This document shows, one piece after another, positions 1 through 10,141 of a stretch of DNA of 64,000 bases (position 1 is the first letter of the stretch; the number at the start of each line of letters is the position of its first letter). This DNA is from Flectonema sp. DT1601 (taxonomy: Eukaryota), in contig OZ025792.1 of the NCBI GenBank assembly GCA_964019425.1, forward strand, positions 1,054,001 through 1,118,000, read 5' to 3'. Below the pieces are notes generated by a model. The model saw only the letters and a list, made by a program, of their open reading frames with translations, ran no database searches and was not told the DNA's origin. A program made the translations under genes and the position numbers.

Positions 1-481
1 ACACATGGATGCCATTATCACAGAGTGCAGCTGATGATCAAAAGCACTCGGATTGCGATATGACTACGAGAGATTTTAAGGCTACCATGTTAAGGAAAAC
101 AAGTATCGTAGAATCACAATGATGATAAACTACGAGACCATAACCCGTGAAACTGTGTCGACAATACTCCTCCTCCTTGCAAGATTATTCACGTATAAAG
201 TCGCGCCTAAAAAATACTAACAAAAAAAAGTGCAATTCTTTTGCTATCTTTTACATGCAAGCATCTAAAGTGGATATTGAATAAAGTCTCGTCTACAAGT
301 ATTGACAATGTTGACTCAGTTTTCACTTACTTCAAGAACTACAAAAGTATTGTTTTCCAGAGTTTGCGGGAAAATATTTTTTTCTAAATCGTTTTGTTGG
401 AAATGAGAGACATCAAGTAGTCTGAGCTGACCAACAGATCAGTAGCTAAACTGAATTAACGACACCTTGTAGTGATAGTCA

Positions 482-760
482 AGAGAGAGAGACAGAGAGA
501 GAGAGACGGAGAGAGAAAGAGAGAGCTTGCTTTATCTACTAGTTAGTTAGTGAGTGAGTACTAGAATTTCTAATCATCAGAAACTACAAAAGTATTGTTT
601 TCCAGCGGAAATTAATTTTTTCTAAATCGTTTTGTTGGGAATGAGAGACATCAAGTAGTCTGAGCTGACCAACAGATCAGTAGCTAAACTGAATTAACGA
701 CACCTTATGAGTAAGATGGAAATCAAATAACTTGCCGCGTGAAAACTTACCAATGCAATT
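482..760. repeat. (GA)n microsatellite plus conserved downstream module; copies at ~7278, 16748, 24350, 43752 and partial copies at 380, 34925, 43655
   Basis: (GA)n followed by gcttg.t.tatctactagttagttagtgagtgagtactag... and aatgagagacatcaagtagtctgagctgaccaacagatcag. Confidence 0.85.
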
Positions 761-1444
761 TCAATTAAAATAAAAATAAATAAAAAGCTGCAACTTGTTC
801 AAGAAACCGAAACTGAACCACCAAAAAATTACAACAGAAGTACTCTTAATAAAAGACAGTACTGAACTACAACGACGATAAATCAAATCACTATGGCGGT
901 GAGCAAACAAAAGAAGAAAAAAAACGAAACCTTAGGGGATAACTTGATAAAAGTAACTTGAAACTGGCTAAAACAAAAATAGGGACACAAATTATCATCC
1001 TGCGCTTCAACTAATTAATTGACAACACAGTTCGGCCAGAGTCATAAAACAATTGAGGAAAGATAAATAGAAATTAATAAAAAAAGAATAAGAGAACACC
1101 GCAAAGTGCCAACCAAATAAAACCCATAACAAAATGAACCTGTACCCTTGATCACTACCATGCGACGTATGAATGTCGAGGAAAGATAAAAAACTGAGAG
1201 CAGATGCAAACAAGAAATACAAAACTGAAGGCCTCGCGCAAGAATAAAAAAAAGAAAAGCATAGGCAACAGCAGCCCCAAGGTTACAACATCGGGTTTTA
1301 CCTTCCCATTTCCTCCAGGGTATTAAAAACGCTCGTGTCAAAGTGAGAAACGGGGCGTGTGACCGTAACAATTCAGCCATAGCTCAAAAAACAACTCGAA
1401 CTTTAGAGACTTGGGGCAGCAAACAAAGAACAGCAGTATGATAA

Positions 1445-4400
1445 CTAAATTTCAATTATCTTGGAATTTCTCTTCTTATCCAGGAATTCTTGTTTCATTA
1501 AAGAAAGCTCTAAAGAAGCTTCCCCTGTTGGTAAATTCCTCATCGTCAACACTGAACCAGAATTCGATGTCCTTGAAAACGAAGCCAACGGATGCATCGA
1601 TGGCAACGGCGACAACGCATCACTCATCGACAATCCCAAACTCGATCTCATCGGCATTGACTCGCTTACTACAGAAGTCTCATCAAGCTTCTTATTCTTT
1701 TCCCAATGTCTTTGTTGTACTCGAGTTCGAATACCCTTGCACAGAATGTATCCTTCAACAAGAACATCAATTCCTGACTTAACTATTAAAATAATTACCG
1801 AAGCAAATAACAAAGTAGAAGCGACTTCGAAAACGTAGTGTCCGGTGTTCTCTTCGTAGTAACCTGCTGCCATGCAGAAAAGAGCAGCCGCCTGGAGACC
1901 GAGGAGGACGAAGTCGACAGTGCTGTCACGTGCTCGACAGTGCGGCCACAGAATTGCTTCGAGTACAAGGAGAATTAGAAAGAGAAATCCTTCAAAAAGT
2001 TTCTTGTGGCCGCACTGAATTAAAGTTCTGGTACTGAGAGACTCCATAGCACTGATCGCAAGCATCGAAGCAAACTCCACAATACTAAACCAAACTACTT
2101 CTTGACGAAATGATCCAATCACTGTTCTGTAACGATTCACCCAATGAAGCTCAACATGATTGCTGACCCATTCTCCAGGTCCCATCAACAGTCGCTTCAA
2201 TCCATAACGAGCATCGTCAGCGTACACTGCCTGACTAGGAACTCCCTTCCTGCATTCTCTAAAGATAACTATTGGAACAGCAACACAACCACAACACGTT
2301 ACCAATCCTATTATAAAGTGAAATGGCGTATTCGGGTAGCTCACAAGAGACATCCCACCTTGTGTCGTACCTTGGTATAAGAATTGGAAGACGAACAACG
2401 GAGCCGAAGGAAATCTCAGTAATCCCTGAGTGTCCAAACCATTGAACAACTTTGGGGCACAACTCGTACCTCCCCGTTCTGCTATCTTCAATATGAAGAA
2501 ACACAATACCGCAAACCCGAATGATATCATCACATTCCCAGCCACCATTCCAAGCGCATAACTGTCTCCAATTTTCCACTGTGTCGGGTGTAGAGGTCGA
2601 GGGTACTCCCTCGATGAATTATTCTCATTTCCAGCACGACAGCTTCCAGATATCGCAACCAACCGCAAGGCTGGTCCTGCTGATGCACCGGCTCCCAAAG
2701 CAGAAGCCGCCGCAGCCGCAGAACCCACCCCTTCAACGGTTTCCGCTGTCTTCTTGTCGATCACTGGTGGAACTTCTGTTGGAGGTGCGGCAGTCTCAGG
2801 CACGCTAGTGGAAGGAACAGGAGTAGGAAGTAACGGAGAAGGCATCGGTGTCGGAATTAATGTTGGAATTGATGTTGGAGGTAATGTTGGCACAGCGGTT
2901 GGTATTACAGGAACGGAAGTTGGCACTGCAGTTGGTACAGCTGTCGGTACGGTCGTAGGTATGGCTGTCGGAACAGCTGTTGTAACAATCGGTCGGATTG
3001 TTGGAACAGCTGTTGGCACCGCAGTCAGTAGGGTTGTAGGAATTGCGGTAGGCACTGCAGTGGGGACAATCGTTGGTACAGCAGTTGGCATCGCGGTCGG
3101 TATGGCTGAAGGAATTACGGTAGGCACGGCTGTTGGCACCGCAGTAGGTATGGTTGTCGGAACAGCTGTCGGCACTGCACTGGGGACAATCGTTGGTACA
3201 GCAGTTGGCACCGCGGTCGGTATGGTTGTCGGAACAGCTGTCGGCACTGCAGTGGGGACAATCGTTGGTACAGCAGTTGGCACTGCGGTCGGTATGGCTG
3301 TAGGAATCGCGGTGGGGACAGCTGTTGGCACCGCAGTGGGTACTGCCGTTGGCACTGCAGTCGGTATGGCTGTGGGAACAGCTGTTGGCACTGCAGTGGG
3401 TACTGCCGTAGGAACGGCTGTCGGAATAGCGGTGGGGACAGCTGTTGGCACTGCAGTGGGTATTGCCGTTGGAACAGCCGTTGGTACGGCCGTCGGCACT
3501 GCTGTCGGAATGGCTGTTGGAACAGGTGTTATTCTTCCGTAGAGCCTACAGCTACCGCTTGATTTCTTGACGGTGTAAATATAGTCTGAGACTGAAATAA
3601 TTTCATCAGCAGCATTTGCTACGGTTTCGGCAATTCCACCGTCGAATACTGGAAGACTGGGACCGATACCGTAAGCTACTCCTGGAGTGTCTCCATGTTG
3701 ACAGGTTACGTCTAACATATTACCAGGGTTAGCTGTTACGCGGCTAAATAACGAAGTACCCAATCCACCGAAGAAAGTATTGTCTCCTACGGCAAAGACA
3801 TATCCGTTGCAGGCAACAATGCGTTTGAGTCTGTTCACGTCGTTGAAATATGTCGCCGAAGACCCTCTGCTGCTTAGTGAATTGATACCTGGAGTACTGG
3901 TTGAGATTTCACTGAGGAAAAATATCTCCCCAGTGGACTCGTCTACGGTAATCGATCCGATGTCTTGATTTCTTAAGAAGCTTCCTGAACTGTCTACAGT
4001 TCCCATGGCAATGTCTGCCATTTCGAAGTATACTATCCCTTCGTTTTGACATGCGCCATAGATAGTAGTTCCCTTAGCAGCGAGTTCAAGACAACTTCCA
4101 GTGTATGGAAATTCCATCGCATTCGCAGTGTCAATTGCGCCACCACCAAGAATAGGAAATACATGTAGCTTACCAGGTTCAGCAGCAACCAAATAAGGTG
4201 TTCCTCCGATAGTTATTGAAGTAGCAGTAATAATGTTTGAAGTGTAACTCTCTGTTGACATAGCTGAGCACTGAGTAGTTTCAGGATCAAACTGTCTGAT
4301 CCGAATATCAGAAATTGAGTACATCCACTTGTCATAAACAGCCATTGTTCCTAATGTAGGAGTGTATCCAACACCATCAAGCATTGCTGTTTTGTAGCAT

Positions 4401-4468
4401 GTTGCTAATTGCACCACAGTCAGAAGGATGAAAAAAGTCCCCACATGCCTGAAGGTACTTGCCGCCAT
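1445..4468 (-). CDS. Surface/adhesion-receptor-like multi-pass membrane glycoprotein, paralog 1 (~1007 aa; bodonin/DGF-1-like architecture)
   Basis: Intact ORF. The track start at 4516 is TTG; the likely start is the ATG of [24 protein letters not shown] (signal-peptide-like). Then a Cys-containing ectodomain, a PTAV stalk, an LHPTQW motif and several hydrophobic helices. Confidence 0.9.
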   Translation of the reverse strand: MAASTFRHVGTFFILLTVVQLATCYKTAMLDGVGYTPTLGTMAVYDKWMYSISDIRIRQFDPETTQCSAMSTESYTSNIITATSITIGGTPYLVAAEPGKLHVFPILGGGAIDTANAMEFPYTGSCLELAAKGTTIYGACQNEGIVYFEMADIAMGTVDSSGSFLRNQDIGSITVDESTGEIFFLSEISTSTPGINSLSSRGSSATYFNDVNRLKRIVACNGYVFAVGDNTFFGGLGTSLFSRVTANPGNMLDVTCQHGDTPGVAYGIGPSLPVFDGGIAETVANAADEIISVSDYIYTVKKSSGSCRLYGRITPVPTAIPTAVPTAVPTAVPTAIPTAVPTAVPTAIPTAVPTAVPTAVPTAVPTAIPTAVPTAVPTAVPTAVPTAIPTAIPTAVPTAVPTIVPTAVPTAVPTTIPTAVPTAVPTIVPSAVPTAVPTTIPTAVPTAVPTVIPSAIPTAMPTAVPTIVPTAVPTAIPTTLLTAVPTAVPTIRPIVTTAVPTAIPTTVPTAVPTAVPTSVPVIPTAVPTLPPTSIPTLIPTPMPSPLLPTPVPSTSVPETAAPPTEVPPVIDKKTAETVEGVGSAAAAASALGAGASAGPALRLVAISGSCRAGNENNSSREYPRPLHPTQWKIGDSYALGMVAGNVMISFGFAVLCFFILKIAERGGTSCAPKLFNGLDTQGLLRFPSAPLFVFQFLYQGTTQGGMSLVSYPNTPFHFIIGLVTCCGCVAVPIVIFRECRKGVPSQAVYADDARYGLKRLLMGPGEWVSNHVELHWVNRYRTVIGSFRQEVVWFSIVEFASMLAISAMESLSTRTLIQCGHKKLFEGFLFLILLVLEAILWPHCRARDSTVDFVLLGLQAAALFCMAAGYYEENTGHYVFEVASTLLFASVIILIVKSGIDVLVEGYILCKGIRTRVQQRHWEKNKKLDETSVVSESMPMRSSLGLSMSDALSPLPSMHPLASFSRTSNSGSVLTMRNLPTGEASLELSLMKQEFLDKKRNSKIIEI
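2790..3530 (-). repeat. 12-bp-unit coding minisatellite encoding the ([12 protein letters not shown])n stalk; equivalents at ~11470-12225, 20160-20955, 27000-27615, 37290-38205, 46580-47565, 56230-56530
   Basis: Tandem tetrapeptide repeats visible in the DNA and translation of all seven paralogs; boundaries approximate. Confidence 0.95.
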
Positions 4469-4610
4469 ACTGTGTGGGTGGCTGTGAGTGAAGAACATGT
4501 AAAACATAATACTCAAATAACTTCGTCAATCAATTCTACTCTGATGAGGGGCATCTTGTCAATTGAAACTTCTGCATAATTGTGATAACTGATGCAAAGA
4601 TGAGAATAAG
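4469..4610 (-). promoter_or_regulatory. Invariant 142-bp 5' block upstream of every paralog, including a pyrimidine-rich tract and CAG acceptors (candidate trans-splice acceptor)
   Basis: Reads identical in all seven copies (e.g. 13157-13298, 39144-39285, 57496-57637). The minus strand reads ...gttttacatgttcttcactcacAGccacccacacAGtATG. Confidence 0.5.
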
Positions 4611-5013
4611 GGAACAGAAAAGAAACTACAATAACCAAAACACACTCAGCCTAATATAGGTTAAACGTGTAATCTCAGAGGATTATTTTTGTTAGTTCCG
4701 TGTTGATTATGAAAATCAACGTTATAAAAGGCAAAGACGAGAGAAGATAAGAGAAGAGAGACAAAAAGGATCGAGTGATCGTTTCCTTAGCACTCCATGT
4801 TGATAACAGGACGGGCTCAACGTAAACAGCAGGAAGACAGAAGTGAACATTCACTACATGTGATCACATTCTGAAGATTATAATGCTGAAGAAATAAACC
4901 TCATTAAGACCCAGGTAAGAATCGGTGATTAAGATAATCAAAAGAAAGATTGAAGTGAGGATGACTAACAGGAAGGAACAACAAAAAATTCATCAAATTG
5001 AAACAGTTGACCT

Positions 5014-5542
5014 AGTTTAGTTTAGTTAGCAAAATACAAACTGATGACTACGAGGGGTCTGGATAGCCCGCATCAGTAAGGACCCAATCGCGAAGATTGT
5101 AGTTTCATAGTATTGGCTGGAAGTGATCGACTTCCAGCCTCCACCTTGCCCAGAGGCTAACAGGTTGTAAACAACTAAAGAAAATAAAAGAGAAACGATC
5201 TGGGAGTGGGGGGGAAGGTGAAAAAAAATAAAAAATCTTCTTTCTTTCATATACATCTTTCTTTATAATACGACCACATGTGCCATATGCCCACACTCCA
5301 CGAAAGAAAATAGAAAACCCCGGAACAGTACCGAGGATCGTTCACCCCCAGTTGTCCAAAGCATTATAATTGTACTGTGCTTACCGAAAAGCTTTAGGAA
5401 TGTACCACAAAAAAAACTGGGCAGCACATAGCCATATCACTCAGCAAGAAATGAAAACCAAAAGGATCAGGTAAGATGACAGTCAGTTTAAGGTCATAAC
5501 TGCGCCGGACCAACAAGAGTAAAAGCATTATAACATTATAAC
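5014..5542 (-). mobile_element. SINE-like non-autonomous retroposon (family A) with (CTAA/CTAAA)n 3' tail
   Basis: Flanked by a 15-bp direct repeat TGAAACAGTTGACCT (4999-5013, 5543-5557). The paralogous sites near 13680, 22420, 29087 and 43048 are empty. Related copies or fragments lie at ~6780-7070, 8983-9280, 16235-16545, 23975-24145, 29995-30880, 33547-34010 and 41235-41685. Confidence 0.75.
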
Positions 5543-6341
5543 TGAAACAGTTGACCTGTCGTCATCCTTGGATAAGTAAATAAAAATAAAAATAAAGATA
5601 AAGACAACTCACTCAAGGCAGAGATAAGGAATCGCTAAACGCAGGCAACAAAGTCTTGGAATCAATAAGAATGCAAGATAATATAAAATAAAAGGAAAAA
5701 AAGAAAACAAAAAAAGGTTTGCCACGTGCAGCTGTGACTGCCACAGTTCAACATAGTTCTACCAAGTAAATGATTGAAAATGATCTACAAGTAGATTTCA
5801 TAAAAAAAATAAAATTCGTACACTAGTTACTGAAAGCTTGCATGATTTGTACTAATTATTTGTTTGATTCCCTCCGTAAACAAAGCGAATTAAAGAAGCG
5901 ATAAAGTGTATGCGACGTCTGTGAAGGACTACGAGGCATTATTCCATCAAAAGATTAACGAAAGAAAAGAATTCAAATGCGACTCGAAAAAAAAAAAAGA
6001 AAATGATAATAAAACGTTTCGAAGTAAATTCAACGAAGCAGTTATATCAAAAAGGGAAAAAAAGAAATATAAAGAAAAGTATTTGAGTTAAACTCAGTTT
6101 ATCATAAAAAAGTGCACTAAAACAAAATATAAAAAAAAGAAAGTTAAATGCCACAAAACACTGTGGAATACGATATCAAGTACTTGACCAAAGAAATATT
6201 TGTAGTTGCTAATCAAAGAATAATTACGTTTTGAAAAAAGAAAACAAGGGAAAACTAAACTTTTTGCCTTATTGACCAGAAGACGTTATCGGATCTGGTA
6301 ATTCGGAGACTACGTACTATGCCCCGTAGTCTGTTGCAACT

Positions 6342-6608
6342 TATTTATTTATTTATTTTATTTATTTACGAAGCCTAGGAAGCCAAAAGCCAGGAAAAGC
6401 TCACAGAGTAACAGTTATATCGCTACAGCAACCGTGAGACTCTCACAGACGATAAAAGACGTAGAATAACCTGGAACAAATGACTACCTAAACCCACCGT
6501 CCACGCGAGCAGACAGTGTTAGAGACGGCTGATAACGCCAATTTTCGTCAAAGAGAGGGAGAACACGACACATTAGATCAGAAAATATGAAATAAAGTAA
6601 TGACATAT
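6342..6608 (-). mobile_element. Second short retroposon-like repeat (family B) with (TAAA)n/poly(A) tail
   Basis: Interrupts the sequence gcaactta|cccttaaacaaag, which is contiguous near 16060 and 23800. Homologs at ~22815-23030 and 53415-53630; the last has a poly(T) run at the same end. Confidence 0.55.
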
Positions 6609-9600
6609 CCTTAAACAAAGTTAAAAGAAAAAAACAGTTCTTATTATAATGCGACAAGCGGCTTTTGTAATAAAAACAAAAAAAGTATAACGTTTCGAGG
6701 ATATTCTAAAGTTCATTAATGAGGGCGTGGGGGGACTTAGATAAATAAATCAATGTTAACACGTAACAAATTGGACACAATCTGGGAGCGGGGGGAAGGA
6801 AGGTGAAAAAAAAATTATTAAAAATCTTTTTTATTCCATATATAGCATCTTTCTTTATAATACGACTATATGTGCCATATGCCCACATACCACGACGGAA
6901 AATTGAAATTCCCGGAGCAGTTGTCCAAAGCATTGTAGTTGTATGGTGGGCTTACCGAAAACTTTATAAAGGTACCACGAAAACTGGGCAGCACATAGCC
7001 ATATCACTCAGCAAGAAATGAAAACAAAAGGATCAGGCAAGACGATAATTAATTTAAGGTCATGACGGAGTCGGACGTTTTTTTAATATAGAAAACTGTT
7101 CAAGGGAAAAGGGAAAAAATTACAAAAAAAAAAAAATACTTCTGAGATGTTCGCATTTATTTTATCTGAAACACGTAGAATGGTATCACAAAACACTACA
7201 CAAATAAAAAGTGCAGCTGATGTGACAATAGCACTCGCAGCGTGATACGCGGAGTTGCTACCATGATATGATAGTCAAGAGAGGGAGAGAGAGAGAGAGA
7301 GGGAAAGAGAAAGAGGGAGAGGGAAAGAGAGAGAGAGAGAAAGAGCTTGTTGTATCTACTAGTTAGTTAGTGAGTGAGTACTAGAAATTCTAATCATCAG
7401 AAACTACAAAAGTATTGTTTTCAAGGGGAAATTAATCTTTTCTAAATCGTTTTGTTGGGAATGAGAGACATCAAGTAGTCTGAGCTGACCAACAGATCAG
7501 TAGCTAAACTGAATTAACGACACCTTATGAGTAAGATGGAAATCAAATAACTTGCCGCGTGAAAACTGATCAATGCAATTTCATTAAAATAAAAGAAAAA
7601 TAAATAAAAAGACATGGAGACAACATGAGTTTGTTTTAAAAAAAAAAGTATCGAACTAACGATGATGAAATAAACACCAAGCCTAACTAAATATATTTGG
7701 TGGAGATGAAACAAAATACTTTGTGGAGTATCACGGTAGTGGACTGAAGACTTATCGTGCAGGGTTTCATTACACCCGGCCTTGTGCTAATGAATTAGAA
7801 CATTCGAGGACACATCTCTTTACGGATTTATTCCAGGCAGTAGTTATCAGACTCGTCTGAGTTACAATTCTGAGCTACTATTCTGGGGGGAAAAAAAAAA
7901 AAAAGGGAGAACAAAAAAAAGATTGGAGTAGTTCTAACAAGAGTTAGCCCTTCACCCGATCGATCTAGTTCGATCCCGCTACTGAGCATATTACTAGTGC
8001 GGGCTGGGCCCTCTTCATAGATCCGAAGTCTCAGGGTGTGAAGAAACACTGAAGATCAAACCTAAATGGCGTCCACTGTAGTGGGTGATAGACAGATAGA
8101 ATGAGTTTATCATAATAAAAATTCCACCAAATCAAAATATAAAAAAAAAAAGAAAAGCTGTTCCATAAAAACACTGGAATACGTAGTTTCAGGAGCCTTA
8201 ATCTTATACTACTTGTCCCTCTTTTAGGGACTTCATTCCAGTTTAATGATGGATAGAATTGATAAGGAAGTCCAATACATTACTTACTGAGCATCGGGTT
8301 AACTCCTTAGAGCTACGAGGCAATAGATCCAATCTTATTACAATTGTGCTTCAGCTGACGGGGCATAATGAGCTCGGTATGACATTGTCAGCTTTCCACC
8401 TTATCCGATTGTTGTCAGGAAATGATATGAGGATACAATAAGAAAAAAAAAAATTAAAATTAAAATTGAACAAAACTTGATTAAATATAGTAATACATGA
8501 TAACTATAAAACCTAAAATTTTCAGAACAACAAATTTTATATACTGGGAAAGATCTGCAAGGGTTGAGCAAAAAAACAAAAAAATTCCAGCTGACTCTAT
8601 AGGAACAGAAAAAAAGAGGCAACCAACAAATCAGTAACTAAACCGAATGACCGACACCTTATGAGCAAGATGGAAATCAAATAACAAAATAAAAATAAAT
8701 ATAAAAAGTCACGCAACTTTTTCAAGAACCCGAAGTTGAACCGCCAAAAAAATGCAACACAAATATTCTTAATAAAAGTTAGTTAGTATTAATAATTATC
8801 AGTCAAAAGAGGGAGAGGGCGGGAAGTTAGTTAGTTAGTATCATTAATTTAAGAACAGAAAAGTGAGAATAAGAAAAGTAGAGATTAGTAAAAGAAAAGT
8901 ATTCATTTCTGCAGTTTCCTAACATCAAAGGGTAATAGAATATGTAGTTTCAACAAACAAATAATAATGGTTGGTTTCGGAAGTTAGTTAGTTAATTAGT
9001 TAGTTAGCAAAATACAAACTGATGACTACGAGGGGTCTGGGTAGCCCGCATCAGTAAGAACCCAATCGCGAAGATTGTAGTTTCATAGTATTGGCTGGAA
9101 GTGATCGACTTCCAGCCTCCACCTTGCCCAGAGGCTAACAGGTTGTAAACAACTAAAGAAAATATAAGAGAAATGATCTGGGAGTGGGGGGGAAGGTGAA
9201 AAAAAAAAAAAAAAAATCTTCTTTCTTTCTTTCATATACATCTTTCTTTATAACACGACCATATGTGCCATATGCCATATGAAGTTAGTATTAATAATTA
9301 TCAGTCAATCAAAAAGAAGTCGTAGGAGATTTCGGGCTAAGAGTAAAAACAATCTTTCTTCGGACCATTCCCCTTACCCAGCCCTCTTCAGCGAAGAAAG
9401 CAAGGGGGACACTGATGGTTAGTTATATAATCCAATGTTACTTTATATTATGAGTGCTCTAGAGAGGGTAACTCACAGTAACAGAGGACCCAATCCGTAG
9501 CCATATCCGAATATTTCGCATGGATTGTTGAAGTAGCATCGACTGAAAGATTAATGAATACCTATCTCCAGCTAAAAGACAGTACTGAACGACGATGAAA

Positions 9601-9639
9601 CAAAAATGCTGGTGAGCAAATAAAAGGAGAACAAAAAAC

Positions 9640-10141
9640 GAAACTGTAGGGAATACCTTGATACTATGATCAAAAACAAAACAACTTGAAACTGGCAACT
9701 TTTAAGTTGAACCACAACCAACATAAGGACGATTTCTCTAAGAAATGAAACAGAGACAATATGAGCTTGCACCATATCAAGATGTACAAAAAAGAAACAA
9801 AAAGATACTAATCTACTATTCCAATCAATACCACCATTGGAATAGTTTCAGATATTTGAGTATGCCATCTCTCATTTCTCTTGTGTGGTTAGTATCTCTT
9901 AATTCATCTTTTGACTGTTATCACAGAGTTGGCTCTCGGACGTGTTTCTTTTTGTTCTTTTAGTATCAAGCGAATCGAAATCACCCTTTGCTTTTTATAT
10001 CTTTTTCTTGGTCACTACCATGCGACGTATGAATGTCGAGGAAACATTAAAAAGGGAGAGCAGATGGAAACAAGATTAGCGTAAGAAATAAAAAACTGAG
10101 AGTCTCGTTAAAGAATAAAAGGGAAACAACAGGAATATCAA
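9640..10141. repeat. 3' flank shared by paralogs 2, 3 and 4 (copies ~18340-18834 and ~25230-25654)
   Basis: Near-identical by direct reading. Confidence 0.85.

Noticed and set aside
2144..2808. Short ORFs recurring seven times ([10 protein letters not shown]..., MENWRQLCAW..., [10 protein letters not shown]...)
   Set aside because: Alternative frames of the conserved membrane-domain DNA; their recurrence only reflects paralog identity.
2754..3542. Plus-strand (GTAV)n ORFs here and at 11433, 20126, 26964, 37252, 46227 and 55868
   Set aside because: Antisense shadows of the PTAV stalk; the repeat codons simply lack stops on the opposite strand.
4533..4607. Hammerhead-like CTGATGA...GAAA core on the plus strand of the invariant upstream block
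   Set aside because: Stem II does not close next to GAAA, there is no correctly placed NUH triplet, and stem I is mismatched. Not callable without a cleavage assay.
7920..8050. B-box-like GTTCGATCCC in a repeat (also ~17566 and ~24985), suggesting a tRNA or tRNA-derived SINE
   Set aside because: No cloverleaf or convincing A box found by eye.
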